Shown: positions 13,102 through 25,705 of the stretch, piece after piece
How positions within the stretch are numbered: position 1 is the stretch's first letter
Layout of the letters: the number at the start of each line of letters is the position of its first letter
NCBI GenBank assembly: GCA_000934665.2
Contig: JYFJ02003869.1
Location: 1 to 36,851 of the forward strand
Source: Catajapyx aquilonaris
Lineage: Eukaryota
Direction of reading: 5' to 3'
Length of the DNA stretch: 36,851 nt
The notes under the pieces: generated by a model
Seen by the model: only the letters and a program-made list of their open reading frames with translations
Told to the model about the DNA's origin: nothing
Databases searched by the model: none
Program-made: the position numbers and the translations under genes

Positions 13102-13287
13102 CTGTCTGTCATCAACAGTGTATTTGGCATTCTGCAACGTCTGTTGCACATGCCTCCTCCCATTCTGTAATGAGATGTTGGTCAATTGACTCTGCAGACC
13201 AGCCCATCGAAGCTGCTCCGTACGGAAACTGTCCTGAAGCGAAGCTGTACTAGTCTTGACCGCCTGCAACAACTCCACTTGCGATGC
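13102..13287 (-). CDS. sca: scabrous orthologue, exon 6
   Basis: Acceptor aattgcag|GCA, donor CAG|gtacga, 186 nt, phase 0/0. Encodes ASQVELLQAVKTSTASLQDSFR..., which continues the coiled coil. Confidence 0.9.
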
Positions 13288-13419
13288 CTGCAATTATACA
13301 AAAAAAACACTGTTTACTAGAGGTCAAGTGCACTTGTACGTGACAGCCAATTAAACTATTTTGGACACGGTCATGTTGAAAAGGAGCGCAGGTCAAGCGT
13401 GACACCCCAATCAATTAAT

Positions 13420-14990
13420 CAGCTGTATTAAAGGCTTCATTTTTTTTGCAAAAGCACCAGCAATTCTCTTTCATGCAGCCGTGGTAGAAACAAGAAGTAG
13501 TCTGGTGTACTCTTTTTCACGTCTAACTGCACATTCCAGATGAGTATCTGTGGCCACCTGCACCTGCGGATCCGGCTTATTTGTATGGGGCAGAGACAGG
13601 TAGGAGAGACTGAGGCACGCGCACACACCTGCCTACCTGCCCTTCATTAACGAGAGAGAAAACGAGAACAGAATCCCAGAGAGCTCCAACTTCTCCGTTT
13701 GACCTTTCAAGCCCAGGCCTGTTCACACATCCACCCTTCGCTCTGGATCTAACCAAAGTTATTACGAGTATTCTCGTAGTCTTATTACAGTACAATATGC
13801 ATATAAGGATCAGGTTTTCTCATCCATAGGACTACATTCCTTGGATGCGGACACTATTATGTCAAAATAATAGTTATAGGACAGCTTGAGTACCGGATTT
13901 AACCGAATTGCATTCTCAGTGGTTTCAAAGGATGTGTCGGTGTTTAGTTTTTTTTTTGGTCGATACGGTGTCGTAGAGTTATTAATGGCGAAAGGTTCAC
14001 CTTGGGTGAATGGCAAGACAAATTTAAAGGCGCAGCGCAAACGGCGTCACGCCTCTCTAACGGCACGCGACAGGTGCACCTACGCAGGTGCTGCAGCGTC
14101 CTACACAATGTAACTTTTAAACCTCCAATATTATACACTTGGCTGAATACTGTAGTAAACACCGTGTGTGGAGACATCATTTACAAATTGACTTAAAGTA
14201 CAGGCCCGTTTCCTCCAACAGCCAAAAACACAATGGAGCTTCACTCATGCACGTAAATGTTGTACAGTACAATAGTATGGCCACTATCACGTCACTAACG
14301 TACTTTCGACACACAGGCCCCCCTATAAAGCAAGGTGCAAAGACATACTAAATTCAAAGGGCCATAAAATCAACCGCCATAATCGTGCCCCAAACTAAAA
14401 AGAATCAGCAGGTGTTTCCAACCCGTTCCAACCCAAGACTTCACATGTCCTATTCCACACTCTGACCATATGCATTTCCCCCACCACATAACTTCCCACC
14501 CACCCTTCTCCTCCCATTCTGACACATCCTTTCTCGCATTACTGAAAGCGTCATGCATGGTAACCTGCACTAAACGTCTCGAGAAAGGATTCAGAGAGCA
14601 TTGTTTTCGTTCATGCGATAGGAACGTCCTACGAGGACACCCATTGCTGCTTGACCACTTGGGGACAACAATGCCATACTGGGCCGATGTGTATTATCCA
14701 GCAGTGGGTTAAGTGCGTGTAAGTTGGTTGGCTTCGCGTGTCGTCCGAAAGGAAAAGGTTTTTTTAAATAAAAAAAATGATGAGAATGGCAGCCTGAGGC
14801 TGTCAGGGTGTTGGCGCCTGGGCCACGTGTAAGGACTTTTTCATGCTCTTGGTAAACCGGAGTTACGAATGAAAAGCGGGACCTGTTTCGTACTAATCCC
14901 CTGCACATCGAGGTGCAGAGAGATGGGACTATAGTCGGTGTGTAAAAATAAGATCGGACTTGGTTTATGCTGATCATGCAGGTGATTGGG
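13420..14990. promoter_or_regulatory. Candidate intronic proneural enhancer
   Basis: Seven RCAGGTG E-boxes (cores at 13555, 13561, 13626, 14071, 14085, 14409, 14979) and two GGCACGCG sites (13614, 14062). Confidence 0.55.
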
Positions 14991-17852
14991 GTGTGAGTGA
15001 CACGTGCGTTGTACTCGATATCTTGTTCAAAAAGTGATGGTGAATGATTATATTAAATCGAGAAGGTGCTTGCGATAGAGGAAGTGTGCATTCCAAATCA
15101 ATATTGACATATCTGATTTAATGTTTACCATGTGCTACTTGTATATGAAATATTTCCTAATAATATGATCGATGAATTAGTCAGAGAAGCCTCAATTAGG
15201 TTTTGTGTTGACTATAATTTAGGAGACTACATCGATTTGAATTCAGCATATCAATAGCGATAATGGCTTGAAACATTTCATATGTTCACATCTGTTGCGC
15301 CATTATTAACAAAATTCTATAATATTGTTACAAATTTTGTTCGTAAAAAGAAACATTTCTCTAAATGGATCACATTAAATTCTACTAAAGCATCAAAGCA
15401 CCTGTTCGTAATTCTTAGAGCGACCTCCTTATTTTATTGTTTGTTTTGTAATCAAAAGTAGGCCTGCTTCAAATTAATTGATCACTTTGCCTTCCGTGCC
15501 GGAATCATTGTGCTTTCAGAAATTATCGGCCGCACATGTCCGACAGCACGCATGTAAATAGGAAGCAGACTTGCACACGACCTGATCCAGTTTCCCCAGA
15601 AACCACCTAAGTATTGGTCCAGGTGTAATAATCGGTTGATCAAGGCCGCGCAATTATATCTATAGAGCAACTGTTTTTTAAAAAATATCCCCCCATGTTG
15701 TTTTAGGTCAAATGAGGAATTCCAGGAGTGTCCTCGTCGGAAAGAAAAATTCACTGGGCTGTGATCAGAGCAGGAGCGTGTCGACACTTTTGCATTAAAC
15801 CCACTTGAGCCTTATATGAGAACATGTAATTAGCGGTCTAGTGAATGTCAAACGCGACCCCCACACGCAAAGCCTAGAAATTGTATACCGGAGGATGGAA
15901 CGAGATTCATGTTGGGCTTAAACTGCCTAATCACATGTTACAATCAGGAAATAGCTCACTTCCTCTCTGCATATTATTTGCCCTTGGTTTTACGATTTTT
16001 TTCATCGATAGAGCAAACAGGTTTGAATAGGTGTGGGCAATGCCGCAAGACCCAGACTTCTGTATAGGTCTCGTGGGCAATAACATGCCAGGTTGTTATT
16101 TCGGAACAAACACAATAAGATTTTTTAAAATTATTAGTTATCGATGTATTTATCGATTTGACTCATACCTATGTCTTGGATGTTGCAACTTTTAAAATGT
16201 GAAGTATGGTACACATCTGAGGTGTGCTTCGTTTGAAGAAAAAAAATCATACTGATATAATATTGTCAGGTGCTTGAAACACTGCGTATAAGGCCAACAG
16301 CACCTATCAATCAATATTCATGCTGCGCAATCTAATTAAAGATACCAATCACATTTGCTCTACTTGCATGTAAATTAGGCGTAATTTTGATCACCAATTA
16401 TCTCATACTCTTAATAGTGGGAGCCATTATCCATAGGCAAATAAAGATGAGTGCCCCCGATAATTATTTATTTACGCATAAAAATATTAATTTGCAGTGT
16501 ATGAGAACCTGCATTTTTATTCCTGGTAGTACTGTACGATCGTGAATGGGATGCCCAACACGTCGTCCAGTTCTGGGAAGCGGTCTTACTTCCCAACTGA
16601 CTCGGTGGGATCACAATCCCTCCAGGCTGGTTCCTCAAGGGAATCAAGTCACGCTGATTCCCTCCAGAAAATTTCAGCTCGACCTTAGCCTTGTTATGCC
16701 AGCAACTTTTTTCTCCCCTAGCACTCTTTTTTTTTATCCCCATTTTTTGGGAGGTAGGGGTTGTTTTTACAGCCTGTCCACCCTAGAGTCTTCCTGCGTT
16801 AACGAATCAGTACTCTTAACGGTCGTCTGATGAAGCATAAAAACAAAAAGTACACACCTTTCTGGAGATAGGTTCAGTGGACATCTTAATTTCACAAACG
16901 AGGACATGGCGTAAAGTGCGAATATTTATATTTAAAATGCCCCAACGCTATTTATTTATGATGGCCCTTGAAGTGATTTGAATTTTGATGAACATTGCAC
17001 TCGTTACATGATTGCCATAACTTGCAAGGTGTATTGGAAATTCAAAAATAACATTATTTGATACCGATGAACTTAAATTAACTACCCATCAACACCCTGC
17101 AAAAATTCCACATTATACTCGAGATTATTCTTTTATGAATTTAGTGGTCATATTTATAAACAATAATATTATGCGACGCTGTCACGTTGATTGACCCTGC
17201 CCTACCGGTCGAACATGTCAATTAGCTGCCGATGTAATCATCTACACTTGTTTCATAAATTCCTGAGGACTCGATTTTCTCTCTCTCATTTTCTGAGCCT
17301 GTTCCGTCAATACATCAAGAAATACTCCAGACGTAGGTCTACATACGTAATACTCATTCTATGACCTGATTTGAGTTTGATCAGCAATTGATTGTTTTAT
17401 AACCATACACTTGAAGTTATCTAGTGTGAGCGATTACGAAAGGCGCGTGCTGTAAAGATGATATAAAGTGCATTCACCTTTATAGTTCACTTAGCTATGA
17501 GTGAGAAATATGAAATTTCCTGAGCGATGCAAGAGACGTTTCCTCGAGCCTAGAAAATAATACTCTATGCTAGATATGTTCAGGAAACGGTTTTAAGTTC
17601 CCTGCTGCCATCGCGTGCAGGAAGCCAAGAAGAGCCTGACGAGCTCCGTGATAGAGACATGCTCTCCAAACTTTGCACATGTGCTAGGAATGACAAGTGG
17701 ATAACCGGCAATGCCGGACTTTGGCCTTCGAATCTTTTATAGCTCCCACAATTATTAGAATATCCCAGAATTATGCCACTATGCTCGATTGGGGACGTCA
17801 ATTAGGTGTTCATACTATATGGACAGATATCTAATGGGAAAAAAACACTGAC

Positions 17853-18418
17853 CTGTTCTTCCTTGACACCATCAAAGGAGGAAGTGAGTTGAGCCATGTT
17901 TATGTCCAGATGCGACACTTCTTTTCGAATATCAGCGACGGTGCTGTCATACTTCTTCTCCAAGGATTCGATTGCTTCGAACAACTGAAGAGACGACGCG
18001 TGAAGTTTGTCCAATCCGCTCAATCGTTGTTCCACCATTTCCAAACTGGATGACTCGTGCCGTTCTTTTGATTCCAGTTTGTCCAGCCGTCTCTGTACCT
18101 CCTCCAAGTCGTTTGCCTCTGGATTCTGTAAAATAGTTTTCCCTTTAGTTATTTTTATCACAATCTTTTTCATAGGCTGAAATGTGTCAAGGGATCTTAC
18201 CAAAGTTTCTGTAGGAGCAGCTTTTTGATGTTTCCAGTTCTTTTCCATCCTTCTGACACTTTTTTGGAGAACGCTTTGGGATACCGCCAGTTCATTGTGG
18301 CGCTTTCTTAGGCGATCGTGTTCATCAGCCACTTTTTCTATAGCGGAACGCAGTCGGTTCAAATCAGCTCGAACCTTTCCTTCGTGGCGCACCTGTCGCC
18401 CTGCAGGCTTACGGCGAC
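17853..18418 (-). CDS. sca: scabrous orthologue, exon 5: coiled coil
   Basis: Acceptor gtcctaacag|GT CGC, donor CAG|gtcagt, 566 nt, phase 1/0. Contains DKLHASSLQLFEAIESLEKKYDSTVADIRKEVSHLDINMAQL, which resembles the conserved Scabrous coiled-coil block as I recall it. Confidence 0.92.
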
Positions 18419-18525
18419 CTGTTAGGACAAGCATTATTTTACATATTTTTAAACATAAGCAATCACCTATCAAATGTGATCTAAATAAGCTATACTGACA
18501 TGTGTGTAAGGCCTGCTTCGGTTAA

Positions 18526-19017
18526 GGGGAGGGGAGGATAAGAGAATTTGGGAGTAAAGTTCTCGCTAACTAACAACAGCAGAACCGAATTTTTTTTTGT
18601 GTGTGTAAGTGTAACTGACCACTCTCTTACACATGTGTGATGTACTTTTCCCAAATTCTTAATGTAGTATTTGAAAAAGTCATTTGCATTCGGGAGTAAA
18701 TTACGCCGTCGTAAAATTTTAAGTGATGTCGTAACAAGCACCAAAAAATGCGGAAAAATGAGGTGCTCCGGACCCGTGAATCCGATTTCCATGTTTAGCT
18801 ATAACCTTTCGGCAAATAATAATTTTGTCAAAATTTGACTGATTTGAGAACTACTAGAAGTTGGGAGAACCCTAATTTTCATGGTTTTTATTGTGCATAG
18901 AGGGAATGGTCAACCGCAAACGCGACCTTTCATTTGTGTAGGGAGGGTGGGATCCACTGTCTCCTCTTTCGGCCAGAGTTGGAACTCGAAAAAGTCCGGA
19001 TTTTCGTTATCCCCCCC
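18526..19017. mobile_element. TTAA-flanked non-autonomous DNA transposon (Kolobok-like ends) in intron 4
   Basis: TTAA|GGGGAGGGGAGGATAAGAGAATT ... ATTTTCGTTATCCCCCCC|TTAA: imperfect TIRs starting with G and a TTAA duplication. Confidence 0.6.
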
Positions 19018-19193
19018 TTAACCATATACTGCAGTATTGCACGTGTTAGATCATTTGTAGGAGAATACTAATGACAATAAACCCTCAATTGGCTCAGTAT
19101 GAGACAATAGAAAACAGGCATCATGAGCGTGAATATTATTGAAACAGTTGTTTCCCAACACGCAGAAACTAGTAATTATTTTGGCCAATTTAC

Positions 19194-19242
19194 CTTTAGG
19201 CTCATCAGGATGCATGTTATTCTCCAAACCGCTCCACAAGTC
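19194..19242 (-). CDS. sca: scabrous orthologue, exon 4 (49-nt mini-exon)
   Basis: Acceptor ccctttcccag|GAC, donor AAA G|gtaaat. Encodes DLWSGLENNMHPDEPK(G) and supplies the phase 0 to 1 change needed between the neighbouring exons. Confidence 0.85.
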
Positions 19243-19698
19243 CTGGGAAAGGGACAATGGCACTCATAAATGGTCTTTTCAAGTAAAAAAAAACTGACAT
19301 TTAGTAAAATCATGGTAAGTAGCCTACCTTTTTCGGTCCTTGAAGAAGCTGCAATTCCGACTTGATCTCGTCAACCTAAAATGAAACAAAAGTGGTGTCA
19401 GCTTCGATCGACGGTCATGCACCAGTATCAGTGATGAAATAACTATAGGAAAATTTTTAGCTGGGCTAGCCCAAGAGACCATCTTAGGAAAGGCACCCAT
19501 TCTTGGTGAAAAAGGCCCATGGAAGCAAGGTGAAAGCAGAAGGGGCCGAGGGATGGAATGTAAGCTGTAAATAGCTAGAGCCATGGAAGGAAGTTCCCTT
19601 TTATTGTCCCCCCTAGACCCCTTGGACTTTGTTTTCAAGCAGCTGCCTCCATGAAAGCGGCTCTGCGGGGAGCTGTGTCCACAATATGGCCGACTCAC

Positions 19699-20077
19699 CT
19701 CCTGCTTCAACAAGGCATACTGCAGGTCTGCTTCTCGCTGTCTCTTCTGCACTTCCTCCACGTCCGACTGCAGCTGCCGAAGAACAGATGAATCCTCGGC
19801 TTTGCCTGCCCTCAAAGCGGCCATTTCTCGCCGAAGTTCTGCTGCATCTGTCTTGGCCAGGGCCAACCCAGATTCTATCTGTTGGCGTTGCTGAAGATGA
19901 GCTGATATGTTCATATTGGTGTCCATCTCTCCCACCTCTTTGCGTACTTCGACCACACTCTTTCGAAGCCATTCTAGGGTGGCTTGTTGGTTTGTCAGGT
20001 CGTGTGAGAGGTGGTGAAGTTTTACTGACACTTCTTCTTGTTGAGAGGCTGTGCTTTTGGTCTTCTGCACTTCTTTT
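19699..20077 (-). CDS. sca: scabrous orthologue, exon 3: coiled coil
   Basis: Acceptor tcctacag|A AAA, donor GAG|gtgagt, 379 nt, phase 2/0. Contains QQATLEWLRKSVVEVRKEV, like the TL.WL..S..E.R.E motif of Scabrous. Confidence 0.92.
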
Positions 20078-23000
20078 CTGTAGGATGACAATAGTGAAGT
20101 TTATTATTAGTGTATAGGTATAGGAGCGATTTCGGCTTGATAGCAGTCTATCGGTGGTTGGTGGTTATAGTAGATGGACTATACACTATATGCTAACAAC
20201 TTTGTAGGCTGCAAGGTGGTAGTTCATATACCAGAGTCAATTTGGTTGACACTCATAAGTCTGATTGTCTAATATGTATTTAGATAATTAGATTTTGTCT
20301 CATACAGACTTAGTCATGGACTAAAGTATGTTCACCGATGTTAAATTATTTAACATAAACCTAGCACATACACTGTATATTTACATTGTAATATTGCATT
20401 GTGTCAAACTGTGTAACCGTGACAGTGTTGCTGGCAATGCCCTGCACGTATCCCACCTTGAACATAGTAATTTGCCTCACACTGAGAGATTCATGCAATA
20501 GCATTACAATTTTTTTGCACGGCAAAATGCATATGCATTATCTGCAAACATGTGTTTGACGTAATCATTCTTTAGAAAATGTGCAACACTTGACATGTAA
20601 GAAGTTTCTTCTGATTTGCACACCATCTGGCATAACAGGTGATGACCTTACCAGGAATGGTTAGAAATCGTAATAAAAAGTTGCCAATTTGGAGGGCCCT
20701 TAGAAATCAAGGTCGTATAGGGCAAGCAAGAAGTGAAAGCGGGACTTCTTCCACCTACCCCCACCTCCATTCCTTCCTTCACAAACAAAAATGTAAACCG
20801 ATCAAAAAAATACACACGGCCTTCTCCAGCTGCTTATTTTGAACCCTAATGACACAGTATTACAACAAATTCAGGTTTTTCCCGTTTTCATAAAAAAAAC
20901 AAGCGCACATCTGTCGGACAATATTTTTTGAGTCACGTCCAAAGGATAAGAACAATATGCACTTAAGTCGGTCATGTCAACAATTTTTCATATGTTATTG
21001 GGCCACATGGATGGTTATGGCTGAGCAAGAACCGGTATATTAATAACAATTTTTGTCAATATTGCGAGGGTGCTGATATGAATGGGAAAAGTGGCACCTG
21101 TGGAGGTGGATAACATGCTACTATCAGAGGGTTCCTTTGTTCTTCTTATCGCTTATCACACGTTCCAAGTTGTCGATCTTGGAGTCAGCAAAAAAAAGTG
21201 TGGCCTTGTTAAATACCTGTGAAAACGACATGCATCAATTGCAGGGGTCGTACTGTGCAGGCATACACGTCCTTACATTCTTAGAAGACTCAGTAAAAAT
21301 ATTGTTGTTGCTGTTGGGCTTGATGGACCTTATCGCCGTTACCATAGTAATCATCACCAAGCAACAATGGATCAAAAAAGGATCAGTACGGTACCGGTAT
21401 ACTACACCGAATAACGCCTATGAGAACACTAATTAGAGACAATTAAAAATATTCAAATTTGTTTGTGAATTAAAGTCCGCAAAAAAATTCAGATGAATTT
21501 ATGACCTTTACGCTAATAACCCGTAGGTGTTAGTCCGAATTTTTAAAACCTAAAGAGTGCAATTAAGCTCAAATTAGGTGCTACTCGCTCTTTTAACGAA
21601 CACTACGTGAACTCCTGGGAAGGTCAACAAATAATTACCCTACTGCAACTTTAGTTTATAACGCAATTACGAAGCTCAAGTCTCGCACGCAAATTTTCAG
21701 TTTAACTTTTTTTTTCACTCCCACGTTTCTTTTTTTTCTCTCTTTCTCGCAATGTGTTGGTCCAAAAACTTGAAAAAAATAAACTAGTTCCACTATACGT
21801 GAAGGGAAGCTCATATTTAAATGCAAGGTAGCTAATGAGTTAATTGGGGAAGTTACACTTGGAACATACCGGTACGCCCTAGCATTATGCGACGTATCTG
21901 AGGCGTATCCACGCATATACGCGTTAGACACCTAATGTTTTCTTACTTTTTTTTATTACTTCTTCTGAGTTGTTTCTCCCCCCTTGGTGCGTGAATACGC
22001 CAAGGTTACCAGGTCGGAATATCTTGGAAGGAGTTTGCCTTCTCGTGCTCTTCATCTTCCACGCGTGGCATGCCACTACCACACCGATTTATTATTACAT
22101 GCTGTGCACTTTTCTTTTTGCGTTACCGGTGGCCCAATACCTCTCATTATCGCCGCATCATTTCTACTTTTGCTTCTTTTTGTTGCTTGTTTCTTTTTAG
22201 GTCCGACACGCTTTTTTCCAAGACTAAGTATGCCCTGAGGGATTAGTAGTCGCCAAAATGCGATTTCATGCTTGTCTTGGAACAAAAGTGCGATTCTGGA
22301 CATTACCGTAAATGTTTGAACAGTATAACCGGTTTTGGAGGCGGACTTGTCTTTGGTTCCACTTCGGAAGTTTAGATATAGGATATGTCTTTATTCAAAG
22401 TATTTGGACTGCAGTGAGTGCTTCCGGTGAAGCTAGAAACCATTCTTTGATTAATTCATTAGAACCTTCCGTTTATTGATAGAAGTTCCTTACAGTATGG
22501 TTGAATGGTTGCATTCCAACATTATCATAATGTGTATCCCGCGGTATGTGGGAGAGTGTAAGTGAAAATGGTCACGCTCTATAAATTGACCCTAATAGAC
22601 TGCAGTAATCCACAATCCTATACTTACCACAACAACGTAAATTCTGTGACACTTTTGGACACGAATATATCTCCTCCACTCAAGTATCCTACATGCATGT
22701 GTTATTGGATTCGGGTATTTCGGACTCCAGCGCCTAATAGAATGTGAGGGTGAGCAAGTGGTGTAGGATTTATCCTATACGCGTACAGTATAGTAACGAT
22801 TTAGCCATCACCATCCATGGCGTGTCGACAAGAACTTCACGATTGCTTATACCGATTGTGGCAAGGTACCAATGCATGATGGGTGCTTACATTGTCTAAT
22901 GTTGAGGGACTGCAATGAACATGTTCTAGCTCGCTTGAGGCAGTGCCTGCATCTCAGACCATGTAGTCATTCCTCCAGGCATTTATTTCCGCAGATTGCA

Positions 23001-24254
23001 TATACAGTAGGATACAGTGAACATTGAACTGTTACTAAGGCCATTAGAAGGCTCAGCCTGGATAACTATCCATTTGCCCAGTTGCTCTTTTACGGTAACC
23101 AAGAACACTAATCGAACGAATACTTATCCAAGCTATTCATTATAAGGCCCTGTGAGTGTTCCTTTACACCACTTACGCCTATCCCATTCATTCAGAGATT
23201 ACAGCCTATCTCAATATCCACTTAACGGATTTGTCTCACTTAAAACATGAGCGCTTAAAACAGAAAGCTACTGTATTAGAAGAAGAGCATCAATGGATGT
23301 TATTAATGCTATTCTCTTTTGCAACATGAAAACCTTATTGCTCCTTTTGAACCGTTTTATACTACTTGCACTTACGAATGTCAAACCTGGCATGTCTTTT
23401 AAATGATGACCTTATTGGTGCGTGTGTATAACTTGAAAATAATGTGACCAAGTGCAATATAAAATTAATTAGGTTTTTATATTTCTCCCATATTACAGCT
23501 TTTTATCACTTTTTATAGATTTTTATAGCTTGTATCTGAATTCTGGAAAATTGTTCAAACTGAGTGATGCTGGTAATTGAAATTGGGCCCACAGTATAGT
23601 AATTACAGTATGTAATACTCAAGTTTTTGGCAGATTCACTCCATCTTCCTTCCTAAGAAAGGAAAAGAATAGAAAGGAGCAGTACGTTCCTTTCTCATTC
23701 TTTTCCGTTCTTTTCATATAATGACAGCAATATTACTTTGAATTCATAAGCCTTAAGAGACAAGGACATTGAAAATTGCATCACTCTTAATCTTGTCAAT
23801 ATAGTAATAGTACAATATTGCAACTCGTGCCACTTGTCAGATTATAAAAAATCCCGGTAACGATATAGATTGATAAGATTCCAACCTCACACTACATTAG
23901 CATTATTTTTCGCGATACTTTACTAGTATAAGATACATTTACGGCCCAGATTTTAAAATGCGGCCGGAGTAAACCAAACGTAATTTTTGTTTACCGTAAG
24001 ATAATTTCTAAGGAGCTTTTGTCTCAAGCCGCCTATCGCCAAAAATAATAATATTCTTAAATATATCCTGGCCTACATGATAAAGTCGAGTGACGAACTT
24101 AAAACTTATGACCCATTTCTGGTCTACCCTCGGGTACGTTGTAGGTGGTCCTGGCCTTCCAAAAAAAAATCCGATCCCGTCCTCGCTTTGAGTCCCTTCC
24201 CGCCCCGCCGCCCCCTTTTCCCCTTCAAGCCATTTTGGAAAGCGCTTATCCTAC

Positions 24255-24595
24255 CTGAGGGAGTCCAGCTCGGCCCTAAGCTCAGCCACCTCCTGCTTGA
24301 GGGGCGCCTGGCTCTCCCGAATCTCCACGTCCTTCTCCAGCATTGTCCTCAAGTGGGTCAGCTGCTTCTCCAGCTGCTCCATCCGGCTGCCATCCTGCGC
24401 CAGGAGGGCAATTGCGTCCTCCATGGCCTCACCTTTCACCTCCTTCCCCACCGAAGGAGGAGATGGTGGCTTTGGAGTCAGGGATGTGTCCAGTAGCCTG
24501 TAGCTTATGGCCTCCAGGCTTTGGGTCACTCCTGCACCAGCTCCTGATATGGCCCACAGGCACATCATCACCACAACTGCAGACATTGTAGGAAT
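24255..24595 (-). CDS. sca: scabrous orthologue, exon 2: signal peptide and start of the coiled coil
   Basis: Acceptor ttctgttggcag|ATT CCT ACA ATG (ATG at 24586), donor CTC AG|gtagga, phase 2. Hydrophobic MSAVVVMMCLWAISGAGAG followed by heptad-rich EQLEKQLTHLR..LKQEVAELRAELDSLR. Confidence 0.9.
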
Positions 24596-25291
24596 CTGCC
24601 AACAGAAGAATAAGGTTGCCTGGTCACAATGGCTTCTCCATAGGATCTGATGGCCTTATCAGTTTATGAGTGGAACGTGACTAGAAGCGAGGCAAAAAAA
24701 AAAAGCAATTCCCGATAATAATGGTACGGTGCAGCTGTCGCTTTGTTTGAACCGTGTTACTAACTCAGAAATCACACAATCCTTGCAAGGCTGCCAAGTC
24801 AGGCGGTCTTTCGCGTACCAATGAGGTAATTGATTCGGAGGTCATTTTTCCCCCTTGCACCTTGGCAAGGTCTTTAAATATGCGCGACGTGTTGTTAGGT
24901 AATGAATCATGCGTGCTTTTTTTTTTTGCTATTGGTGTTGAAATTTTCTTGCATATGTTTATGCGATGTCTAGGAGGAAATATTTATAAGTGTCAAAATG
25001 AGATATACCGTACTAGTTTATAAGTTGAAGCGTCGCACTATTTTTGGAGCAAAGTAATGACTTTTGCAAAATTCCCCCAATATAATCAGTGGACCTATTG
25101 GCTTCGGTGTTGTGTGAACCTATTGCTGATTTGCATTGGGAGCTCAAATTCAGTCGGAAAAACTATTTTTTTATATTTTAGTTTTTTAATATTTTTATAT
25201 ACCCTTTACTGACCATCAGAAAAAACTATTATTTCCCAGTAGCTTTAAAACACGAAATATCTCCAGTATAGCAGGTGCCAATAAATACTAA

Positions 25292-25417
25292 GGGCCGGTT
25301 TCACCGAGCTCGGTATATGATAAAACCAGGTTTCGTTTGGAAAATACATACAAATATGTAGGGATTTTTTGAAAGAAACCTGGTTTTATCATATACCGAG
25401 CTCAGTGAAACCGGCCC
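25292..25417. mobile_element. PIF/Harbinger (Tourist-like) MITE, 126 bp, in intron 1
   Basis: 43-bp TIR GGGCCGGTTTCACCGAGCTCGGTATATGATAAAACCAGGTTTC with one mismatch. TAA duplication at 25289-25291 and 25418-25420. Confidence 0.9.
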
Positions 25418-25597
25418 TAAGCTAATCTTCCATCCTACGGTAAACCGTGTGAAACAAGATATGTCTAACACTGGTTCACATCAAGTAAAAGGTTGCATTA
25501 TAAAAATCAATTCTGACCACCGAATCAAATATTCAGACATTGGCTACTGCGCCTGAAGATACATAAATAAGAAGTATAATACATTTCCAAGTAAATA

Positions 25598-25665
25598 CCT
25601 CACCGGGAATCGCACCCGGAGCCACCAAAATTATCACCAGCCCACCACCCACTGAGCCACGACAC
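25598..25665 (-). mobile_element. Isolated degenerate tRNA-derived SINE head
   Basis: On the minus strand: A-box TGGCTCAGTGG and B-box-like GGTGCGATTCC with tRNA-like spacing. No recognisable body. Confidence 0.45.
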
Positions 25666-25705
25666 AAAATTGCTCAAAAAATCACTTCCAAAAATCTCAC
25701 TGTAC

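Noticed and set aside
17580..17852. ORF tail and adjacent 73-aa ORF after exon 5
   Set aside because: Downstream of the CAG|gtcagt donor. Exon 5 joins exon 6 with continuous Scabrous similarity.
19324..19698. C-terminal half of the 255-aa ORF
   Set aside because: Read-through past the strong GAG|gtgagt donor; coiled-coil character is lost, so it is intronic.
21123..21230. Acceptor-like site gtcgttttcacag in intron 2
   Set aside because: In the required phase it stops after about 20 unremarkable codons, and exons 2 and 3 join cleanly without it.
12031..24591. Plus-strand ORFs overlapping sca exons (12031-12408, 19629-20117, 24077-24591)
   Set aside because: Antisense shadows of GC-richer coding exons.
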